Shown: positions 57,434-64,000 of the stretch, one piece after another
Layout: every line of letters begins with the position of its first letter
How positions within the stretch are numbered: position 1 is the first letter of the stretch
Source: an uncultured Collinsella sp.
Lineage (GTDB): Bacteria > Actinomycetota > Coriobacteriia > Coriobacteriales > Coriobacteriaceae
Length of the DNA: 64,000 nucleotides
Direction: 5' to 3'
NCBI GenBank assembly: GCA_902494765.1
Contig: CABUUK010000003.1
Location: 1,362 to 65,361, forward strand
The notes under the pieces: model-generated
Seen by the model: only the letters and a program-made list of their open reading frames with translations
Told to the model about the DNA's origin: nothing
The model's database searches: none
Position numbers and translations under genes: made by a program

Positions 57434-58387
57434 CTATTTACCGGCGGCGCGCAGGGCCACGTAGGCGGCACCGATGATGCCGGCGTCGTTTCCGAGCGAA
57501 GCGACCTTTATGGGCGTCTCGCGCGAGGCGGAAAGCGCGTAGCGCTGGAAATGCTCGCGAACGGCGTCAAGGTAGACATCGGCCGAAGCGGACGCGCCGC
57601 CACCGATCAGGAACATCTCGGGGTCGACCACGTTGGCGATAAGCGCCAGGGCGCGGCCAAGGTAGTCGGCCATGGTGTCGGCTGCGGCCAGCGCAAGCTT
57701 GTCGCCCTCGCGGCAGGCCTGGAACACGTCCTTGGAATCGGAGGGACCGGTGAGCTCGATGGGCTCGACGCCCGCCTTCTTGCACTCGGCCAGGTAATTG
57801 CTCACCACGCCGGTGGCACTGGAATACTGCTCCAGGTGGCCATGGCCGCCGCAGCCGCAGGTGCGCTCCTCGGCCGGGTTCAGGCACATGTGGCCAATCT
57901 CGCCGCCGGCACCCACAACGCCCGACACAACGTCGCCGTTAACGATAACGCCGCCGCCTACGCCGGTGCCGATCGTAACCATCACCACGTTCTGCACGCC
58001 CTTGGCAGAACCGAGCCAGGCCTCGCCCATGGCAGCGGCGTTGGCATCGTTCTCATACTTAACGACCGCATCAGGGCAGTGCTCCTGGATGGCGATCTTG
58101 AGCTCGGGCAGGTTAATGGCAATGTTGGCCTTGACCTTGGCATCGCCCGACGCCGGGATGGGGCACGGAACGGCCAGGCCAATGCCTGCCACAAAGGCGC
58201 GCGGAATCTGCGCCTTAGCGACCACCTGGTCGATAGCCTCGGTCACCGCGGCAAAGCCCGCAGCGTCAACGATGGGAGGCGTGGGCACGCTGGCCTTGGC
58301 CAGCAGATTTCCGTCCTCGTCGAACAGGCCCTCCTTAACCGAAGTGCCGCCGACGTCGATGCCGATGTAGTACTGCTTGGGTTCCAT
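57434..58387 (-). CDS. ROK-family sugar kinase (glucokinase-like)
   Basis: IGIDVGGT, ENDANAAAMGE, GTGVGGG, GEIGH, CGCG..GHLE. Confidence 0.9.
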   Translation of the reverse strand: MEPKQYYIGIDVGGTSVKEGLFDEDGNLLAKASVPTPPIVDAAGFAAVTEAIDQVVAKAQIPRAFVAGIGLAVPCPIPASGDAKVKANIAINLPELKIAIQEHCPDAVVKYENDANAAAMGEAWLGSAKGVQNVVMVTIGTGVGGGVIVNGDVVSGVVGAGGEIGHMCLNPAEERTCGCGGHGHLEQYSSATGVVSNYLAECKKAGVEPIELTGPSDSKDVFQACREGDKLALAAADTMADYLGRALALIANVVDPEMFLIGGGASASADVYLDAVREHFQRYALSASRETPIKVASLGNDAGIIGAAYVALRAAGK

Positions 58388-58441
58388 GGGGGCCCACCTT
58401 TCTCGTTTAAACATTGCCTGTATGGTACCGCTCCCAAAGCA

Positions 58442-58482
58442 AAAACCTACCAAAAAGGGACAGGTTTGTTTTGGCAGGTTTT
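58442..58482. repeat. GGGAC-core REP-like palindrome
   Basis: AAAACCTACCAAAA-AGGGACAGGTTTG-TTTTGGCAGGTTTT; related to 62333-62422. Confidence 0.7.
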
Positions 58483-58628
58483 ATCTGGGGTAACGCAATT
58501 GGCTGCCCAACAGGCCGCGCAAGACCATCCCCAAAAATAAAGGCGCCGGGAGGCGGAGGCTCCCGGCGCCCGTCAAAGGGACTATGTTGTCTGTTGGACC
58601 GCACGGTCCGTCGCGGCGATAACGCCGA

Positions 58629-58961
58629 CTAGGCCTGAAGTGCCTGCAGCTGCTTGTGAACCTCGATGAGCTCCGTCGCCATGACGCGCATGGTCTCGGT
58701 GCCGGCCATCTGGTCCTCGGCATGCAGCAAAATCAACGGGGCCTCGCCGTTACGTTCGCCGTTGGCCTCCTTCTTCAGAAGCCCCATGTGAACATCGTGG
58801 CCACCGTTATAGGCCTCGTCGCCCTGCTTGATAAGCTCCTCGGCGGCGTCAAAATCGCCCTCCTTGGCCTTTTGCACGGCATTGATGTACACGCTCTTGG
58901 CGGTACCGACGTAGCTGATGATCTCAAAGCAGGTCATCTGCAGTTCGTTCATATCCTCCAT
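58629..58961 (-). CDS. PTS lactose/cellobiose-family IIA
   Basis: FEIISYVGTAKS, LLHAEDQM. Confidence 0.9.
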   Translation of the reverse strand: MEDMNELQMTCFEIISYVGTAKSVYINAVQKAKEGDFDAAEELIKQGDEAYNGGHDVHMGLLKKEANGERNGEAPLILLHAEDQMAGTETMRVMATELIEVHKQLQALQA

Positions 58962-58970
58962 GCAGAGCAC

Positions 58971-59273
58971 CTAGCCCATCACGCTGACGCAGTGGTCGAT
59001 GATGCCGGCAGCGTTCATGCGGCCGTAGTCGACCATGTTGATGACCTCGACCGGAAAACGACCGGCGGCCTCCTTCTCAAAATCGCCCTTGGTGTAGCCG
59101 ATCTGCGGACCAAGCAGCAACATGTCGCACTCGTCCAGGTGATCGTGGGCCTCGTTCATGGGACGAGCCTCGACCTCAATATCCAGACCACGGTTTGCAA
59201 CCTCGGCCTGCATCTTCTGGACCAGCAGGCTCGTGGACATACCGGCATTGCAGCAGAGCATGATCTTCTTCAT
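58971..59273 (-). CDS. PTS cellobiose-family IIB
   Basis: CCNAGMSTSLLV, LLGPQI, YGRMN. Confidence 0.92.
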   Translation of the reverse strand: MKKIMLCCNAGMSTSLLVQKMQAEVANRGLDIEVEARPMNEAHDHLDECDMLLLGPQIGYTKGDFEKEAAGRFPVEVINMVDYGRMNAAGIIDHCVSVMG

Positions 59274-59434
59274 GGTTTCCTCCTTATAACTGCGCGGCGC
59301 GCAGACGACAACTGGTTTTATTCCTTGCGGCTATTGTGCCCACCCCCCTGCATCTTTACACAAGGGAGAGAGCTGCGGGCACCGGCGCCGCGTACCGGCG
59401 CCCGCAAAGGTGAAAGGGACGAACGTTAGGCGTT

Positions 59435-60778
59435 CTACTCGGCGAGAGCCTCCTGCTTGGCGATTGCCTTCTCGGAAATCTTCATAAAGGGCAGGTAGAC
59501 GGCCATGCCAATGACAATCTCGATAGCCTGCCACACGCCAGCGCGCCAGTCAAAGCCCGTAGCGAGCAGGGCATTGATGACGGGAGGCATGGTCCAGGGC
59601 ACCTGGGCGATGCAGGGGCTGATGATGCCTGCGCAGGTAAGGCCATAGGTGATGCCGATGAACAGGTCGGGAAGGAGGACAAACGGGATCATGAGCGGCA
59701 GGTTGTACACGATGGGGTAACCGTAGATAACCGGCTCGTTGATGTTGAACAGACCAGGCAGGATAGCCATCTTGGAAACGGTCTCGGAAGCCTTGTTTTT
59801 GGAGAACAGGAGCGTGTCGAGCAGGAGCATGAGGGTGCAGCCCGAGCCGCCGATGAGGGCGAAGCTGTTAACGATCTGCATGTTCATGTAGTGATCGGGC
59901 TGGATGGTGCCACCGGCGGCAAAGGTAGCCATGTTGTCGACGATGAGCATGGTCAGGATCGGCTCGACGGTAGCGCCAGAGATGGTGGACTGGTGAATAC
60001 CGACGCAGAACAGCAGGTTAGCAAGGGTGTAGATGAGGATAACAGCCCACGGACCAGCGTTCATGATGCTCTTGAGCGGGTTGGAGATGCACGTGGAGAT
60101 GATGGTGCACAGATCGGTGCCGGCGCACACGGCGAGCAGGGCTGCGGCAAGAGCGAAGACCGCGAGGTTAAGCAGCATCGGAATCATGACGTTGAAGGAG
60201 TTGGAGACCGCGGGAGGCACGCCCTCGCCCAGCTTAACCTTGAGCTTCTCGACGCCAGAAATCTTGATGAAGAGCGAGACGGAAAGCAGGGCGATGATAA
60301 TAGCCGAGAACAGACCGTTGGTGCCGGTGTTGGCAGTCGAAAGGGCGCCCGTGACCTCGGCGGAGGTGATCTTGTCGGTGAGCAGTGGGCTCGTGGCGGC
60401 AAGCGTGGCGGTGATCTGCTGCGGCATCATGATGACGAAGGCAGAGATAGCGACGACCATGCAAGCAAGCGGATTATCGAAGCGCTTGTTCTTAGCGAGG
60501 CTGTAGCCAATCAATCCGGCCAAGATAATGGCAGAGACGTTGAGGGTGCCCAGCGTAATCGCCGAACCCCACGTCTGAAGGTTGGCAAGGCCCGCCGCAT
60601 CGAGCGGGAACAGAGGGAACACGACGTTGTTAATAAGAACCGCGATACCCGCAAGGATATAGAGCGGCGTGATGGTCGCGAAGGCGTCACGCAGGGAACG
60701 CAGGTGAACCTGGTTTCCCACCTTCGCAGAGACCTCGGCAAACTTGTCGAGGAAGCTCTTTCCGTTGTCACTGGCCAT
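59435..60778 (-). CDS. PTS cellobiose-family IIC
   Basis: LRSLRDAF, GIH, GGSGCT, FNINEPVIYG.PIV.N, VPWTMP. Confidence 0.92.
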   Translation of the reverse strand: MASDNGKSFLDKFAEVSAKVGNQVHLRSLRDAFATITPLYILAGIAVLINNVVFPLFPLDAAGLANLQTWGSAITLGTLNVSAIILAGLIGYSLAKNKRFDNPLACMVVAISAFVIMMPQQITATLAATSPLLTDKITSAEVTGALSTANTGTNGLFSAIIIALLSVSLFIKISGVEKLKVKLGEGVPPAVSNSFNVMIPMLLNLAVFALAAALLAVCAGTDLCTIISTCISNPLKSIMNAGPWAVILIYTLANLLFCVGIHQSTISGATVEPILTMLIVDNMATFAAGGTIQPDHYMNMQIVNSFALIGGSGCTLMLLLDTLLFSKNKASETVSKMAILPGLFNINEPVIYGYPIVYNLPLMIPFVLLPDLFIGITYGLTCAGIISPCIAQVPWTMPPVINALLATGFDWRAGVWQAIEIVIGMAVYLPFMKISEKAIAKQEALAE

Positions 60779-60897
60779 GATTGCTCCTAACTTTCAAATC
60801 CGGCCTTTCCTATGCGCACGGTGGTCTGTCGCCCTCTGCCACCAGATGTGCCATGTGTTGCGCGCGGCGGCGCGCGGTCTGGACGTTCGTCCGGTCG

Positions 60898-62298
60898 CTA
60901 ATCAACCACGTGGGTCGTGGCGACCTGTTTGAGCCAGGCCGCCGACTTCTTAAGACGGCGCTTATAGCCATCCATCAGATCGACCTCGACAAAGCCATAG
61001 CGATTCTTAAAGGCATTGGCCCAAGACCAGTTATCGATGACGGCCCAATAATGGTATCCGCGGCACTTGGCGCCCTCGTCGATGGCCTTGGCCACCCACT
61101 CCAGGTGCTGACGTACAAAGTCGACGCGGTAGTCATCCTGGATGGTTCCTTCGGCGTCACGGTTCTTGTATTCGTCCATGATGCCGATGCCGTTCTCGGA
61201 AACGAACCACTCAAGATCGGGGTAGTTCTTAGCGCAGTCCATGCCAAAGTCGTAGAGGCCCTGCGGGTAGATCTCCCAGCCGCGGCTCTCGTTCATAACG
61301 GCGTCGGGCCATACGTACTCGTCGGCAAAGTGCGGCAGGCCGTACTGGTCGACCTTGCTCGCCGGCGCCTGAACACGCGTGGGGTGGTAGTAGTTGCAGC
61401 CTAGCCAGTCGACAACACCCTGCTTGAGGATCTCTTGGTCGCCGGCGCGGAACGGGAGCTTAACGCCGCCCTCGGCCAGGCTGTCGAGCACGTCGGCAGG
61501 AAGCTCGCCCTTGGTGATGAGGTCGAGCCACCAGCGGTTGTTGATGCCGCTGGTCATGCGCACGGCCTCGAGGTCCGCCTCGCTGGGGTTCTCCTTGGTG
61601 TAGACCGGGGTAAAGCAGTTGATCATGCCGATCTTGGCATCGGCGCGAATAGCGCCCTCGTCATAGGCGCGACGATAGTTGGCCACGGCCAGCGCGTGCG
61701 CCAGCGAGATGTGATACTGCACGGTGCGGGCGCGGTTGAAGTCGTGGAGCTGCGGGAACCACACGCCCTCCTGATAGCGCTGCTCGGGCTCGACGATGGG
61801 CTCGTTAAAGGTGAACCAGTACTTAATCTCCTGGCCAAACTCGTGGAAGGCGACGTCGGCGTAATGTGCGTAAGCCTCGACAACCTCACGGCTCTCCCAG
61901 CCGCCACGGTTAAAGAGGTAGGTGGGCATGTCAAAGTGGTACAAGTTGACAAACGGCTCCAAGCCGGCTTCGCGAGAGGCGCGGAACAACTCGTGATACC
62001 ACGCGGCACCTTCCTCGTTGAGGTTGCCGTCGGCATCGAGCAGACGGCTCCACTGGATGGAAGTGCGATAGGTATCCAGACCCAAGTCCTTCAAAATGCG
62101 AAGGTCTTCCTGGTACTTGGCCATAAAGTCATTGCCGGCGTAAGAGCCAACGCGGTTGTAGAACGAACCCAGATCCTGGATGGACCAGGTGTCCCACAGG
62201 TTCTCGAGCTTGCCGCCCTGGTTCCACTGACCCTCAGTCTGCGGGCCGGACATAGCAGCGCCAAAGAAGAAGTCGTTGGGCAGCTGATACTGTGCCAT
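60898..62298 (-). CDS. GH1 6-phospho-beta-glucosidase (GmuD-like)
   Basis: GAAMSGPQTEG, TFNEP, VSENG, DNWSWANAFKNRYG. Confidence 0.88.
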   Translation of the reverse strand: MAQYQLPNDFFFGAAMSGPQTEGQWNQGGKLENLWDTWSIQDLGSFYNRVGSYAGNDFMAKYQEDLRILKDLGLDTYRTSIQWSRLLDADGNLNEEGAAWYHELFRASREAGLEPFVNLYHFDMPTYLFNRGGWESREVVEAYAHYADVAFHEFGQEIKYWFTFNEPIVEPEQRYQEGVWFPQLHDFNRARTVQYHISLAHALAVANYRRAYDEGAIRADAKIGMINCFTPVYTKENPSEADLEAVRMTSGINNRWWLDLITKGELPADVLDSLAEGGVKLPFRAGDQEILKQGVVDWLGCNYYHPTRVQAPASKVDQYGLPHFADEYVWPDAVMNESRGWEIYPQGLYDFGMDCAKNYPDLEWFVSENGIGIMDEYKNRDAEGTIQDDYRVDFVRQHLEWVAKAIDEGAKCRGYHYWAVIDNWSWANAFKNRYGFVEVDLMDGYKRRLKKSAAWLKQVATTHVVD

Positions 62299-62332
62299 CA
62301 AAGTCCTCGCTTTCGTGTTCTAGAGCTTCCGG

Positions 62333-62422
62333 TTGGAGACGGGTTTGCTTTGGCAGGTTATCCGGCGCGGGCGCGCACAGGCCATACCGATATCCAACCC
62401 GCCAAAACAAAACCGTCCCCAA
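62333..62422. repeat. Inverted pair of GGGAC-core REP-like repeats
   Basis: TTGGAGACGGGTTTGCTTTGGCAGGTT ... AACCCGCCAAAACAAAACCGTCCCCAA (27-bp IR, 4 mismatches). Confidence 0.72.
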
Positions 62423-62602
62423 ACGGTCGATCCTGTTGTGCGGAAGGATTCCGTTCGTTGCTTAAACTATAGCGCTCTAATTTTAAAAGTAAAGCGTCTT
62501 TTTCTTTTTTCTTTCTCGAACTTCTTAGATAAAAGTAATATGGATGCCCTGTTGAGGGTTATACTTACTTTTTGTATTCATATATGTCGGAAAGGAGGTT
62601 CC

Positions 62603-63322
62603 ATGATTCCCAAATACGAGGCGATAGCTGCAGATATTCGTCGAAGTATCGAGGATGGCGCTCTTAAACCGGGCGACAAGCTTCCCACCGTCGTTGAGTT
62701 CTGTGAGCTCTATAGCGTTTCCAAAATCACCGTCAAACGAGCTATCGAGCAAATCACCGAGGAAGGTCTTATTACCAGCCGGCGCGGATCGGGCACCTAC
62801 GTTAAGGACGCGGCGGGACTTCCCGGCCAGGCGTTTTTCCAGGGCAAAAACGACCGTGCCCAGGGCTTTTCGTATGAGCACCGCGGGGAAAAGGTGACCT
62901 CGGTGGTCTACGATTTCTCGATTGTTAATCCACCAGCGGACATCGCAGCCCAGCTGGGAATTGCCGAGGATGACTTTGCCTATCAAGTCGTGCGCGTGCG
63001 TCAGGCCGATGGGAAGCCCATCGTTATCGAGTACACCTACATGCCCCTCGAGCTGATTCCGGGGCTGAAAAAGAAGGATCTGTACGGATCGGTCTACCAT
63101 TTCATCCGCGAGCAATGCGGGCTGAAAATTTCGAGCTTCCACCGTACCATTCGCGCCGTGGCAGCAACCGAGGAAGAAGCCGAGCGCCTGGACACCAAGC
63201 CTGGCTCTCCCCTGCTCGAGCTCACCCAGATTGGCTTTTTGGACAGCGGCGCCGCCTTTGAGTATTCGGTCTCGCGCAACGTTGGCGACCGCTTTGAGTT
63301 GCACAACGTAACGTTGGCATAG
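62603..63322 (+). CDS. GntR/UTRA regulator (GmuR-like)
   Basis: PKYEAIA, VSKITVKRAI, GSGTYV; RBS AAGGAGG. Confidence 0.9.
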   Translation: MIPKYEAIAADIRRSIEDGALKPGDKLPTVVEFCELYSVSKITVKRAIEQITEEGLITSRRGSGTYVKDAAGLPGQAFFQGKNDRAQGFSYEHRGEKVTSVVYDFSIVNPPADIAAQLGIAEDDFAYQVVRVRQADGKPIVIEYTYMPLELIPGLKKKDLYGSVYHFIREQCGLKISSFHRTIRAVAATEEEAERLDTKPGSPLLELTQIGFLDSGAAFEYSVSRNVGDRFELHNVTLA

Positions 63323-63395
63323 GTTTTTGCAGTCATGCGGGCGCTCGTTTTGAACAGTTTTACGCAGCGCCCGCGCAACACAATGAGGTATGAAT

Positions 63396-64000
63396 ATGTC
63401 CGATTTGATTAAACTGACGCCGATCTTCCACGAGAAGATCTGGGGCGGTCGCCAGCTCGAAACCGTATTTGGCTACGACATTCCCGATGGCCCCATCGGT
63501 GAGTGCTGGGCCATCTCGGCCCACCCCAACGGCGACTGCCAGATTGCGGAGGGCCCGTATGCCGGCCACACGCTGTCGTGGCTGTGGGCCGAGCATCGCG
63601 AGCTCTTTGGCAACTGCGAGGGCAAGGAGTTCCCGCTGCTCATTAAGATTCTGGACGCCAAGGACGACCTTTCGATCCAGATTCATCCCAACGACGAGTA
63701 CGCTGCCGAGCACGAGAACGGTAGCCTGGGCAAAACCGAGTGTTGGTATGTGCTGGACTGCGAGCCCGACGCCACGATCATCGTCGGCCAGCGTGCCAAG
63801 GACCGCGCCGAGGCCGCACAAATGATCGAGGAAGGACGTTGGGACGACATGCTCAACGTGTTGCCGATTCACAAGGGCGACTTTTTCCAGATTGATTCCG
63901 GTACCGTGCACGCCATCAAGACCGGCACGCTCATTTTGGAGACGCAGCAGTCGAGCGACGTGACGTATCGTCTGTACGACTACGACCGTCCCGGCACTGA
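63396..64000 (+). CDS. manA: Mannose-6-phosphate isomerase class I (partial, runs off the window)
   Basis: Absent from the ORF track. Manual translation gives EKIWGG, GECWAISAHPNG, FPLLIKILDA, LSIQIHP, KTECWY, GTVHAI, QQSSDVTYRLYDYDR. Confidence 0.93.
   Translation, partial: MSDLIKLTPIFHEKIWGGRQLETVFGYDIPDGPIGECWAISAHPNGDCQIAEGPYAGHTLSWLWAEHRELFGNCEGKEFPLLIKILDAKDDLSIQIHPNDEYAAEHENGSLGKTECWYVLDCEPDATIIVGQRAKDRAEAAQMIEEGRWDDMLNVLPIHKGDFFQIDSGTVHAIKTGTLILETQQSSDVTYRLYDYDRPGT

Noticed and set aside
63360..63911. Minus-strand 183-aa ORF and short ORFs at the right end
   Set aside because: Shadows of the plus-strand manA gene starting at 63396.

Overview
High-GC chromosomal window from a Coriobacteriia gut actinobacterium, probably Collinsella (inferred from gene content and codon style, not a database match). 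1-13.8 kb: three tandem paralogous LacI / lactose-type PTS IICB / GH1 6-phospho-beta-galactosidase modules. Each has its own operator variant and ends in a 40-bp-phased palindromic repeat array. 13.9-20 kb: stacked repeat arrays, a Schlafen(AlbA_2)-ATPase-like-HTH gene, DeoR lacR, galM, an IS3-family element inserted in a REP-like hairpin, a His-less PTS IIB copy and tRNA-Thr(CGT). 20-31 kb: GalNAc/galactosamine (aga-like) mannose-family PTS cluster with agaS, nagA, lacC and lacX. 31-57 kb: mostly housekeeping genes (IDH family, degV, hpf, a raiA-motif ncRNA, comF, ricT, holB, tmk, topA, hypAB, tatBC, nhaA, ppaC), plus a Vsr/DUF559-like nuclease gene with a long inverted-repeat element. 57-64 kb: gmu-like (beta-glucoside/glucomannan) PTS cluster. 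The most notable unexplained signals are the 40-bp-phased alternating inverted-repeat arrays, several REP/MITE-like palindrome families, a 21-bp-spaced motif shared by four PTS promoters, and an attenuator in the nhaA leader. No CRISPR array or prophage was seen. All calls were made by eye, without searches.
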